Position numbers and translations under genes: made by a program
Shown: in pieces, positions 46,006 to 54,768 of the stretch
Layout: each line of letters opens with the position of its first letter
How positions within the stretch are numbered: position 1 is the first letter of the stretch
IMG/VR virus record: IMGVR_UViG_3300025684_000014
Coordinates: 1 to 64,000 of that record
Source: a virus
Length of the DNA stretch: 64,000 bases
Strand: one strand, 5' to 3'
The notes under the pieces: generated by a model
Databases searched by the model: none
The model's input: only the letters and a program-made list of their open reading frames with translations
Told to the model about the DNA's origin: nothing

Positions 46006-46274
46006 GAGTTAGGTCGCTCCGGGCAGAGTAAACTGCCATAAAAAATCCAGGTAATGTTATTCACCTGCTCTTACAATAAGAGAAAAGAAATAACAAACTT
46101 CTTTGAGGAGACGAGACTCGAAGAGACCGCTAAGGTAATGTAGCGGTATATAAATAACGAGGCGTCACCCCCAATAAGTCTAATAGGCAGGGGGAACTAC
46201 ATCCACGCCTACATCGGAACAACATAAGAAGCTTAGGAATTTCTTATGCCGTGAGCATTATCTGGGATGATTAG

Positions 46275-46439
46275 GCAGGGTTAGCTCAGTGATAGAGCGC
46301 TAGCAGCCAACCGTCTGTTGTAAAGAAAGTCAAGCCTAGGAAACTTGATAAGTAATTACAATGGGTTAAGGTAAACATACGAGCTTCCTATCGTATGGGC
46401 AACATGCTAGAAGCGTTGGTTTGATTCCAGCACCCTGCA
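46275..46439 (+). ncRNA. tRNA-like RNA with a ~100-nt structured insertion replacing the anticodon loop
   Basis: Acceptor GCAGGGT/ACCCTGC; D-arm GCTC-AGTGATA-GAGC; anticodon stem CTAGCA/TGCTAG; T-arm GTTGG-TTTGATT-CCAGC. Confidence 0.75.
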
Positions 46440-46549
46440 GCAGCCAAGAATGTATGAAGCCTCCACGTGGCTCTTGGCGGAAATGGCAATCATTGAAGTG
46501 ATTGCGTCAGCTAATATCATACACAAACCATTAAAAAGGAGAAAAAGAC

Positions 46550-46678
46550 ATGTGTATCTGTTGTCATCAGTACACTGTCAGATGGTGGAAAATCCGCCGT
46601 CTGACAGCAAGCACTGTGCTTTACGGAGCACAGTGCGATACTTGTGGCGCTGACTGGGAAGAAACAGTCAAAGAGTAA
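46550..46678 (+). CDS. small Zn-ribbon protein, 42 aa (not in the ORF track)
   Basis: AAGGAG SD; MCICC...QCDTCG. Confidence 0.55.
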   Translation: MCICCHQYTVRWWKIRRLTASTVLYGAQCDTCGADWEETVKE

Positions 46679-46867
46679 TAGCGCCGCAACCCCTAGAGAA
46701 TCCAAAAAGCTTGATTCCAGAGCGTATGAATTGGGTACTCTAGGGGGTAAACACTTTTCTTACACCAAACTCAAATTTGAGAAAACCTCGATTCCAAAGC
46801 GTAAAGAGACATTTTAGTCAAAAGTCGCGGCGGAAGAAAAATTCTCAGGATTAAAAGGATCAAAAAA

Positions 46868-47152
46868 ATGAGAAAGCCTAAGAAAATAATAAGCTTTTGT
46901 GAGTATCACGAAAAGTTCAATTGTGAGGAGTGTGAGGGGCTCCTCTTTGCTACCTTCGAGGAGGTGGCGAAAAGGTACGGTGACTTTGATGTCACCTACC
47001 GTAATGGAGTATTGGAGGGGGTGTGGATTAAGAGCTGGAGCGAGTTTACTTGCTCCAGCTTTAAGAACCACTACAAAGGAGGGTGGGTCATTATAGAGCC
47101 CGGGGCATGGGCTTGGGAGGTTAGGAAAGTGCGCGTGGAGGCGCACGACTGA
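46868..47152 (+). CDS. hypothetical protein
   Basis: 94 aa with an AAGGA SD. Confidence 0.55.
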   Translation: MRKPKKIISFCEYHEKFNCEECEGLLFATFEEVAKRYGDFDVTYRNGVLEGVWIKSWSEFTCSSFKNHYKGGWVIIEPGAWAWEVRKVRVEAHD

Positions 47153-47463
47153 TGGGTGGCGCCATGTGCTTAGCAATCTCAGTCATCTCCCTCGTGTGGG
47201 GAGGGATGCACTTGGGATGGGGTGATTGGTATGTGGCGCCGTTTCTTCTTGTCTTTTTAACTCCTTCTCTTTACGAAGAGACACTGTTGAAAGGATACGA
47301 GGAGACGGCAAGGATACACGTAGACAACGCATGGTACATCTTCACGTATCGTGCAGTACTGTTTTGTATTCTATGTGTATTCTACATCCCATGGATCTTA
47401 GTAAGTGACATTGCAAAAGACTCATGGGAATATCTCGAGGAGACTTTTTCTCCTAATCTTTAA
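47152..47463 (+). CDS. hypothetical membrane protein
   Basis: Hydrophobic segments; coupled start. Confidence 0.5.
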   Translation: MGGAMCLAISVISLVWGGMHLGWGDWYVAPFLLVFLTPSLYEETLLKGYEETARIHVDNAWYIFTYRAVLFCILCVFYIPWILVSDIAKDSWEYLEETFSPNL

Positions 47464-47535
47464 ACTTTTTTTAACTTTTTTTGTTTCAGACTTGAAACAT
47501 CAGCAAGTAATCTGTAAATAATAAGGAAAAATATA

Positions 47536-47961
47536 ATGAGTAACGAGACTACATCTTCAACCCTTTCTCAAACCCTTTCTTCAAACCCTTCTCAGACCCT
47601 TTCACACAAGACAGTTCAGCAAGCACATCAAGCTCTGTTTGACAGCCTTCCTGAGAGTCTTCGCAAGTACTTGCAGATTCATGCGTTTACTTCAAAGGTC
47701 TCTTGCATTAAGCTTCAGAAGGGAGCGTTCCGCAGTTTCATGGCGGAAGGCGGCCGTATTCTCAAGACAGATAACTTCGAGATTATTTGTCAAGATGCAG
47801 TTAATACGATCTTGAATCACGTTGTTTCACAAGATGCAACAATGCGTGTTGATGCACGACACCTTTACAACGATTACCTGGGTATTCACGTATACCTTGG
47901 TACTAACAACGTAGATGATCTCATTAAGTGGATCGCCGCTCAGAATGGTGGTAATCAATGA
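47536..47961 (+). CDS. hypothetical protein
   Basis: 141 aa; AAGGA SD; short S-Q-T-L-S repeats at the N-terminus. Confidence 0.6.
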   Translation: MSNETTSSTLSQTLSSNPSQTLSHKTVQQAHQALFDSLPESLRKYLQIHAFTSKVSCIKLQKGAFRSFMAEGGRILKTDNFEIICQDAVNTILNHVVSQDATMRVDARHLYNDYLGIHVYLGTNNVDDLIKWIAAQNGGNQ

Positions 47962-48287
47962 GTAGCGAATCTTTAAGAGAGAATGTTTACAAGACAGCAC
48001 TTAGAGACTTACAAGATCTACCTTCTTGGGGTAGAATCGTACTGGCTTTTCTAGTGTTGTTTGTTATTGTGAAATGGACGCCTATTTTTGATTTGTTATA
48101 CCTGGCGTTCATGATTGTTTTAGTACCAACAGCATTTCTTATTTGTTTAGCATTATTTTCTATGGATACTTTTAATATGTTTCTCAGTACAGTTAATATG
48201 ATTGCTGAGAGTATTAAGCAAGGTATCAGGGAGAATAATCAGGATGCGCCGGCTGATCAGCAAGTTGATCAAGAGGAGCAGGCTTAA
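47958..48287 (+). CDS. hypothetical membrane protein
   Basis: Two hydrophobic helices. Confidence 0.55.
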   Translation: MSSESLRENVYKTALRDLQDLPSWGRIVLAFLVLFVIVKWTPIFDLLYLAFMIVLVPTAFLICLALFSMDTFNMFLSTVNMIAESIKQGIRENNQDAPADQQVDQEEQA

Positions 48288-48289
48288 TC

Positions 48290-48532
48290 TTGAATTATTT
48301 ATTATGCGGCTTCATCATTAGTATTATTATTGTCGCTTATATGGATTATCTGATTAGAGGTATTCTAGGAAAAGATAATAAATATGGCGCGGGGTATTAC
48401 GTACCTCACTTAACTGTAATCACATTAGTAACTTTTTGTTGGCCTCTTGTATTGTTCAAGATGGCCTTTCTTGACGGTTCAGTACAAAAGCTAGCCTCTC
48501 AAATGGCTAAAAACATAAAGGAATTCGCATAA
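48290..48532 (+). CDS. hypothetical membrane protein
   Basis: TTG start after AGGAG; two hydrophobic helices. Confidence 0.5.
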   Translation: MNYLLCGFIISIIIVAYMDYLIRGILGKDNKYGAGYYVPHLTVITLVTFCWPLVLFKMAFLDGSVQKLASQMAKNIKEFA

Positions 48533-49011
48533 TGGCTTCATTCAACGAGATCGTAAATTTTCTTAGCGACAAAAACAACATCCGCGTGGTCAAGACAATC
48601 GTCGGAGCTAACTACAAGCTATCAAATCTCATTGTAGACCGCGCACATACTGGTGCGAAGTTTCTAAAAGAGATGCAAAACGGTGACCGTCAAAATACTG
48701 TTGACATGCTAATCGAGCTTGCTCTTCCTGGTGCAAGGGAAATCATGAATAAGCTGCAAGAAGATGTCTCCAGGATCCATGAAGAGGCTGAGTCAAGAAA
48801 TGCAAAGCTGAACAAGCATGCAATCCGTATTGCAATGGAAGGACGTGTGCATCTTAGTGGACTGTTTACAGAGGTAGAGAGGCAAAATATTAGTAACGCA
48901 TCATATATCGAGCGCTACACAAACTTCTCAGCAAACTTGATTGATGGAAAGACTTATATTGTCTACTTCCATGAGGATAGTCCAAAGACTTACCTCTATC
49001 ACGGTGCATAA
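48532..49011 (+). CDS. hypothetical protein
   Basis: 159 aa with an AAGGA SD. Confidence 0.6.
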   Translation: MASFNEIVNFLSDKNNIRVVKTIVGANYKLSNLIVDRAHTGAKFLKEMQNGDRQNTVDMLIELALPGAREIMNKLQEDVSRIHEEAESRNAKLNKHAIRIAMEGRVHLSGLFTEVERQNISNASYIERYTNFSANLIDGKTYIVYFHEDSPKTYLYHGA

Positions 49012-49014
49012 TAC

Positions 49015-49047
49015 TTGACATAAAAAAAATCGTCGTTATCTTATAAT
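49015..49047 (+). promoter_or_regulatory. sigma70-like promoter for the tRNA cluster
   Basis: TTGACA-N16-TATCTT with an overlapping TATAAT, just upstream of tRNA-Arg. Confidence 0.5.
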
Positions 49048-49072
49048 CAAAGAGGCTATATAGCCTCATAAC

Positions 49073-49146
<74 letters not shown>

Positions 49147-49231
49147 CTCCCCGCACCCTATTTTTCAAAGAAAGTTAAATAGGCAAAAGTCAAAAAAGCT
49201 CCTCAAAACTTTTTAACTCGTGCGGGATTTT

Positions 49232-49304
49232 GGGCAGTTAGCCAAGAGGTTAAGGCACCGGTCTCATAAACCGGCGATCCTGGGTTCAACCCCCAGACTG
49301 CCCA
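49232..49304 (+). tRNA. tRNA with CAT anticodon (Met or lysidine Ile2)
   Basis: Cloverleaf; CCGGT-CTCATAA-ACCGG. Confidence 0.9.
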
Positions 49305-49310
49305 CTTCAT

Positions 49311-49392
49311 GCCATCATGGTGGAATAGGTAGACACAGGGGACTTAAAATCCCCCGACTTATGTCGTGCGGGTTCGATCCCCGCTGATGGTA
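49311..49392 (+). tRNA. tRNA-Leu(TAA)
   Basis: Cloverleaf with variable arm; GGGGA-CTTAAAA-TCCCC. Confidence 0.95.
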
Positions 49393-49419
49393 TTTCTTAA
49401 ACTGTAAAAAAGAGGTAAA

Positions 49420-49680
49420 ATGCTTAACAAATATAGCAACATGAATGTGTATATTGATGAGAAAACCTTCAATAAATACTTCGAAAACCCAGTAATAATG
49501 CAAGAAGTAACAACCTGGTCAAGTTTATCATGTTGTTACCTAATTGTGCAAAACGAAACAAGTGCGCAAAACCTCAAGTTCAACAAAAAAGTAATCAGTA
49601 CCGACTTAAGGGTTAGAGCTGTTATTGCTAAAAACCTTAAAAATATGACTTACTACACCCCTGTAATCTTAACAAAGTAA
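49420..49680 (+). CDS. hypothetical protein
   Basis: AGAGGT SD. Confidence 0.55.
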   Translation: MLNKYSNMNVYIDEKTFNKYFENPVIMQEVTTWSSLSCCYLIVQNETSAQNLKFNKKVISTDLRVRAVIAKNLKNMTYYTPVILTK

Positions 49681-49693
49681 AAAAGAGGTAAAA

Positions 49694-50020
49694 ATGGACT
49701 TCAAAGATTTCTTGCAACATTATATTGATAACAAATTCGAGAGTTCCTTTGAGGAGCAAGTCTTTTCAATAGAAGAGAAGTATGAGTGTGACCCATTCTC
49801 ATTCTTCCCAAACTGCCCAGAAGATGCAAAGACAAGCGTAGAAAGGTTGATCAAGTTAAGATCAACTGATACACAATTCTTTGGTATCGGTGGATGGGAA
49901 ACCATCAAGGGCATTGACAACTCAACGCCCAAGCACCATTACAAAGGTTTAGTAGAGTCACAAATCCGAAGAGAGGATCGTGCTTATATTTCCTATATGG
50001 TCCATGAGTTAAGACGATGA
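49694..50020 (+). CDS. hypothetical protein
   Basis: AGAGGT SD. Confidence 0.6.
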   Translation: MDFKDFLQHYIDNKFESSFEEQVFSIEEKYECDPFSFFPNCPEDAKTSVERLIKLRSTDTQFFGIGGWETIKGIDNSTPKHHYKGLVESQIRREDRAYISYMVHELRR

Positions 50021-50199
50021 CAACATTACAATTATGTTTTGCTGTAATCATGATAGGCGCACTATTTGGTCTAACAAACTACGACGAAAACATCAAAGAT
50101 AAAAATCCAATCAGAATGGCAAAAGCTATAGGCGTAGCTGTTTTATTTGGCTCAGTATTCTTATCTTGGTTTTTCATCATTCATGCAATGGAGTTGTAA
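50017..50199 (+). CDS. small membrane protein
   Basis: Two hydrophobic helices; coupled start. Confidence 0.5.
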   Translation: MTTLQLCFAVIMIGALFGLTNYDENIKDKNPIRMAKAIGVAVLFGSVFLSWFFIIHAMEL

Positions 50200-50384
50200 T
50201 GTTCACAATCTTGCCAAAAAAGAAAAAGAATGGCGGCTCTAAAACTAGCTAGTATCTTCTTTTACTTTTCATTTGTGTGGGGCTTAGAAACAATTCTAAA
50301 CCTCATAGAAAAAACACCAGCAAATAAAGTAATCGCTCACTCAGCAATTATATACTTGTACGTAGAAAACATTAGGAGTTTGTT

Positions 50385-50672
50385 ATGGTAAGGCAAATTT
50401 GTATGGTATATTCTTCAAATGTCACTAGGTACGACTGGGTTACAAACGAGTACCTAATGAGTAGAATTATGACAAACGAAGAGATAGAAATTCATTCAGA
50501 GATCGAGATAGATGTAACAGACAAGTACCAAATGAAATACTTTGGTCCTGCAATCACTATCAACGATGATGGCGAGCAACCAGACGCCTACATCTTCTTC
50601 AGTGATGACCCTAACCTTGACAATTTCATCTCTCTGCTAGATCTAACAGACCATGATTATTATCTGTTCTAA
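50385..50672 (+). CDS. hypothetical acidic protein
   Basis: AGGAG SD. Confidence 0.6.
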   Translation: MVRQICMVYSSNVTRYDWVTNEYLMSRIMTNEEIEIHSEIEIDVTDKYQMKYFGPAITINDDGEQPDAYIFFSDDPNLDNFISLLDLTDHDYYLF

Positions 50673-50936
50673 TATATGTTAATGATCTTTAGCTGCATAA
50701 CAATTATATTCTCAGCTATTGGTTACGCTATCGAATACAATTCATTCAGTATTATTCGGTGGTCAGCTATGGCAGTGGTGTTGTTACTTTGCAACACTTA
50801 TGAAAAATCAAATAGCGAATGCGTTGTTTATAAATAAAATCTTAAGCAATAGAGGTTTTCTTCTCCTTTGCTCTATTGCTTATGAGTGTCGTCAACTGCT
50901 CTTGTTCCGTAGCAGTATAATATACGGAACACCTAT

Positions 50937-51009
50937 GCACCTGTAGCTCAGTGGTAAGAGCAGGCGTCTTATAAGCGTCAGGTCACGAGTTCAATCCTCG
51001 TCAGGTGCA
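50937..51009 (+). tRNA. tRNA-Ile(TAT)
   Basis: Cloverleaf; GGCGT-CTTATAA-GCGTC; acceptor GCACCTG/CAGGTGC. Confidence 0.92.
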
Positions 51010-51041
51010 CTCCCATTAACTAGTAAAAGAAAGAGTAGAAA

Positions 51042-51377
51042 ATGGATATCTTAACCGTTATCAACAAATACAGAATCGAAGAGTGGATAACACATGCTGG
51101 TATGCACCGATGCAAAATAAACGTAAATGATAAGTTTTACGTTTCTATTATTGCAGGAGAGGGTGCTTACTCAAATCCAAGAAAAAAACTACATGATTTC
51201 AGTCACTATTCTGAATATGAAGTGGCATTTTTTGACATGGAAAACAATTGGCTCAGAATTGTAGACGAAGAAGAATTCTTTTACGAGCGCTTCGAGTTTA
51301 CAGACGTAATGGGCAATCTCGCACCATTCGAAATCGATGAATTAATCACAAAACTTGATAAAAACTGGAAGGGTTAA
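51042..51377 (+). CDS. hypothetical protein (paralog of 52153-52527)
   Basis: Shared INKY...KF.VSI..G....S.P pattern. Confidence 0.6.
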   Translation: MDILTVINKYRIEEWITHAGMHRCKINVNDKFYVSIIAGEGAYSNPRKKLHDFSHYSEYEVAFFDMENNWLRIVDEEEFFYERFEFTDVMGNLAPFEIDELITKLDKNWKG

Positions 51378-51378
51378 G

Positions 51379-51657
51379 ATGAAAAGTTACTACTTAAAAG
51401 CTACAAAGTTAATGGGCAAGCCTTCTTTTAGTGATGTTCTTGATGAAGTAAAAGAGCTAATTCAAGATCGATCATTAGAAGAAGTTTCTGATGTAATGCA
51501 TTCTCTTTGCAGGTACTTAAATGTGCCTGATTCAATTACATGGTATGTTGCTAATAAAACAGCAATGAAACATGCTATGAGAATGGAAGAAAGAGGATGC
51601 CCGCGTTCAGAGCGCAATTGCTTAGCATCAGCAGAAAACTGTTGTTGTCGTAAGTGA
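51379..51657 (+). CDS. hypothetical protein, possibly a MazG-like NTP pyrophosphatase
   Basis: DEVKEL...EEVSDV acidic pattern and a Cys-rich tail. Confidence 0.35.
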   Translation: MKSYYLKATKLMGKPSFSDVLDEVKELIQDRSLEEVSDVMHSLCRYLNVPDSITWYVANKTAMKHAMRMEERGCPRSERNCLASAENCCCRK

Positions 51658-51664
51658 TTAGCCT

Positions 51665-51700
51665 GCCCCCGACAGGGGGCTAATGCCCCGACAGGGGCAT
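51665..51700. repeat. tandem GC-rich palindromes with a GACA loop
   Basis: GCCCCC-GACA-GGGGGC and ATGCCCC-GACA-GGGGCAT. Confidence 0.75.
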
Positions 51701-51788
51701 TACTACAATATTATCCAATATTTCACCAACCTTAACCCAAAAAAGGTGGGCTACGTAAGGAGACCTACCCTTGGCTCAAGGAGCGTTT

Positions 51789-51974
51789 ATGTCTTTTAAC
51801 ACATGGTTATCAACTTTTAACGCAACAAAATCAATGCAAGCAAAGATTGTACTACTGTCATACCTAGACAAAGGTAAAGTTACGTCAGTACACTTTGTAA
51901 ATAAATCAAACCCATATCACGATAATATAAATAGTATTTTAAAGAGAGTATATGCTTTACGAGTACAACACTAA
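51789..51974 (+). CDS. hypothetical protein
   Basis: AAGGAG SD. Confidence 0.5.
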   Translation: MSFNTWLSTFNATKSMQAKIVLLSYLDKGKVTSVHFVNKSNPYHDNINSILKRVYALRVQH

Positions 51975-52143
51975 AGAGCAAATAGATATTCTACAAAGAA
52001 TGTCTAATTTGTCTACAATACTGTCTCAATTTGAATTAACAGGAAAACAAGATTCAAAAGATTATGAAGAATACTTAAAGATGCTTGATAATCTAGAAGA
52101 AATACTTGTCGAATTAAGAGAAAATCAAAACAAGAATACGTAA
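51952..52143 (+). CDS. hypothetical protein
   Basis: 63-aa helical ORF. Confidence 0.5.
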   Translation: MLYEYNTKEQIDILQRMSNLSTILSQFELTGKQDSKDYEEYLKMLDNLEEILVELRENQNKNT

Positions 52144-52152
52144 GGAGACGAA

Positions 52153-52527
52153 ATGGCTCAAACAAACGTAATTGATATGATTAATAAATACGCGCTTTCC
52201 AATATGCTCTGTAATAATCACGAAGGGCATATTATTCGCTTAGATATCGAAAATAAATTTGAAGTATCTATTGCTTTAGGTTGCAATAATCAATCACTGC
52301 CAACCACACCAATGTCTAGAATTGACCTTTATACTCATGCACAAATTGTATTTGCAGATTATAACAACAATCCACTAAATGTATCTTTTGAAGATATGTA
52401 CAAAGTGGATTCAATTGAAGTATCTGATTTTCTTAAAACTTACGATAAAGTTTGTTTTGATGAATTAGATTATATGATTATCGCAATTCTAAATTACATG
52501 GAAGAAAACGATGTCTGTATTCTTTGA
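52153..52527 (+). CDS. hypothetical protein (paralog of 51042-51377)
   Basis: AAGGAG SD; shared motif pattern. Confidence 0.6.
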   Translation: MAQTNVIDMINKYALSNMLCNNHEGHIIRLDIENKFEVSIALGCNNQSLPTTPMSRIDLYTHAQIVFADYNNNPLNVSFEDMYKVDSIEVSDFLKTYDKVCFDELDYMIIAILNYMEENDVCIL

Positions 52528-52753
52528 TTTAGATGCCTGTAATAACTTTCAACAAGTTTATGAGTACTTTTTAAAAAATAAACTTTTTGATGAGGCTTAC
52601 CTACCTATGCTTCGCTCTGTTTTTGATAAAGAAGGTGGTGTAAATATTTTAATAAATGAAAATGAACTCATTAGATTTACAGGTCTGATGCAAGAAAAAG
52701 ATATTGATTTTTGGGTTCAAACAGGTTGGACCGTTTACACATTTACTGAATAA
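52511..52753 (+). CDS. hypothetical protein
   Basis: 80 aa, coupled start. Confidence 0.5.
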   Translation: MSVFFDLDACNNFQQVYEYFLKNKLFDEAYLPMLRSVFDKEGGVNILINENELIRFTGLMQEKDIDFWVQTGWTVYTFTE

Positions 52754-52766
52754 GATTTTATATATA

Positions 52767-53042
52767 ATGAATAACAGTTTTACTAATATTGCCAATGAGA
52801 TTGGCAAGCTATTAGATGACAAAAACACTCAATATGGTTCTGCTTTCGAAACAGTTCCTCAAATACTTTCTATTTTGTATCCTAATGGTATCGCTCCAAA
52901 GGATTATCAAAACCTATTAACACTTACACGTATCTTAGATAAGGTACAAAGGATTGCTACAAATAATGGTAATGACCCAGAAGATCCGTGGCGCGATATC
53001 GCAGGTTACGCAATTTTGCAACTTTCAAAACAAGATAATTGA
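52767..53042 (+). CDS. DUF1599-like / nucleotide-modification-associated small protein
   Basis: KNTQYGSAF ... RILDKVQRI ... EDPWRDIAGYAIL. Confidence 0.6.
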   Translation: MNNSFTNIANEIGKLLDDKNTQYGSAFETVPQILSILYPNGIAPKDYQNLLTLTRILDKVQRIATNNGNDPEDPWRDIAGYAILQLSKQDN

Positions 53043-53403
53043 AATCTCTCAAAATAAACTAAATGCATTTAAAATTTTTATTTCTACTTATGAGCCAAGT
53101 TCTTATTTTGAGCAAAATAAAGCTAATTTTTTATTTGAACCAATGCAATTTATTGGAAATTATCAAGAAAAGCTTTTTGAAATAAAAGATACTTATTATC
53201 TTGCTCTTTTAGAAGAAATTTCTACTAAGCAATTTATGATTTATGGATTGCTTGATAACGATGCTTTTATTTTTGATCAACAAAACGCTTTAATTGAATT
53301 TGATACTTTATCTACTGAAGTTATCGATATATTTCAGTCTGAACTTTTTAAGATTTGTCAAAAGAATAGTTACTTACTTAAGAGTGATTTAGAAGGACAC
53401 TAG
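52954..53403 (+). CDS. hypothetical protein (start uncertain)
   Basis: ORF fills the gap between its neighbours. Confidence 0.45.
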   Translation: MLQIMVMTQKIRGAISQVTQFCNFQNKIIEISQNKLNAFKIFISTYEPSSYFEQNKANFLFEPMQFIGNYQEKLFEIKDTYYLALLEEISTKQFMIYGLLDNDAFIFDQQNALIEFDTLSTEVIDIFQSELFKICQKNSYLLKSDLEGH

Positions 53404-53404
53404 T

Positions 53405-53686
53405 ATGCCGTTTTTAGATTATATGATTTATGTTTTTGGTATTTATGGTTTATCTTGGTTGCTTACTCAATCAGCAATCTTTTTTGAGCCTCGAGACTGG
53501 CTTATGACTAAGTTTGATTTCATGGATGGTTTGCTCGGATGTATTGTTTGTACATCTGTGTGGCTCTCAAGTTTGTTTGTAATGTTTTATTTTCCAAATG
53601 AACTTTGGTTTACGAAAATAATTGTTGTTGGAAGTACAGTAACAACAACTTGGGCTTTAGCACAAATACTCGGAGACGCAGAGTGA
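53405..53686 (+). CDS. DUF1360-like membrane protein
   Basis: TM helices with LLGCIVCTSVW. Confidence 0.55.
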   Translation: MPFLDYMIYVFGIYGLSWLLTQSAIFFEPRDWLMTKFDFMDGLLGCIVCTSVWLSSLFVMFYFPNELWFTKIIVVGSTVTTTWALAQILGDAE

Positions 53687-54768
53687 TAGTAACAAATAAA
53701 GTAGACGTTATTTTTGGATTACAATATGGAGACGAAGGTAAAGGTAAGATTGCCGCCGCTATTGCTCAGTTAAAAGCGCATAACCTCACCGCTCGTTACA
53801 ATGGTGGACCTAATGCAGGGCATACTATTGTTAGAGAAGATGGTAAGCGTTTTGAACTACACCAACTCCCAAGCTCTGTAGTTTATGGAGGCGATGCTTA
53901 TATTGGCCCAGGTACCGTTTTAGATATTGATAAGCTAGATCAAGAAATCGAAACCGTTTTATCTAAAGACCCAACTCTTAATTTTAATTTATATATTGAC
54001 CCAAGAGTACCAGTTATTGATACATCTCATATAATTGAAGATACTGACTATCAACATCGATTTCAGGGAAGTACAAATAGTGGTATCGCTCCTGCTTATG
54101 CTTCTTTTTATAATAGACGCGCGCGGACTGTAGTTGATGAAATTGAAGACAATCCTCCTAAACCAACAAGAAGCTATACAGTTAAGAAGATTGATTGCGT
54201 AAACTCTTTATTGCTTGAGGGAGCTCAAGGTTTTTATTTAGATATTAATCAAGGCGTATATCCTTATACAACTAGCTCACATTGTTTGCCTGCTGCAGCT
54301 GCAGCGACTTTTGGTTTTGATCCACGTACATTTAGAAACATTATAGGTGTTGCAAAGTGTTACGAAACTAGAAGTGGCACTGATCCGTATTTTTATGAGC
54401 ATGAATGTCGTGACCAAATGCCTCTTTTTGATCAAATTCGTAGGGCAGGTAGAGAGGTTGGCGTTACTACTGGTCGCGATCGCAAAGTAAATTACTTAGA
54501 TCTAGATAAACTTGTGAACGCTATAATTTCTTCAGGTACAAATATTGTAGTTATCAACAAGTGGGATATTCTCGAGGAGCTTCAAGTTTTTAAACTTTGG
54601 TATAATAAAAATCTTATAAACTTTAAAACTTTAGAACTTATGCAAACCTTTGTAGAAGAAACTATTAATTTTAAATGTTTAAATGCTTTCGAAAATGATT
54701 CTCAAACCCCTATTGTTATTCATTCTTCTTCTCCCCAAAACGATATAGATTGGTCTAAGTTTTTTTAA
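53683..54768 (+). CDS. purA: adenylosuccinate synthetase
   Basis: GLQYGDEGKGK, GGPNAGHT, EGAQG, YPYTTSS, GVTTGR; GTG start at 53683. Confidence 0.93.
   Translation: MIVTNKVDVIFGLQYGDEGKGKIAAAIAQLKAHNLTARYNGGPNAGHTIVREDGKRFELHQLPSSVVYGGDAYIGPGTVLDIDKLDQEIETVLSKDPTLNFNLYIDPRVPVIDTSHIIEDTDYQHRFQGSTNSGIAPAYASFYNRRARTVVDEIEDNPPKPTRSYTVKKIDCVNSLLLEGAQGFYLDINQGVYPYTTSSHCLPAAAAATFGFDPRTFRNIIGVAKCYETRSGTDPYFYEHECRDQMPLFDQIRRAGREVGVTTGRDRKVNYLDLDKLVNAIISSGTNIVVINKWDILEELQVFKLWYNKNLINFKTLELMQTFVEETINFKCLNAFENDSQTPIVIHSSSPQNDIDWSKFF

Noticed and set aside
46275-46439. tmRNA or group I intron-containing tRNA
   Set aside because: It has a D-stem and no alanine identity pair or tag ORF. The 99-nt insert is too short and lacks group I core elements.
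53683-54768. PurZ / 2-aminoadenine DNA system
   Set aside because: The catalytic Asp of GDEGKG is retained, and no datZ-like gene is visible in the window
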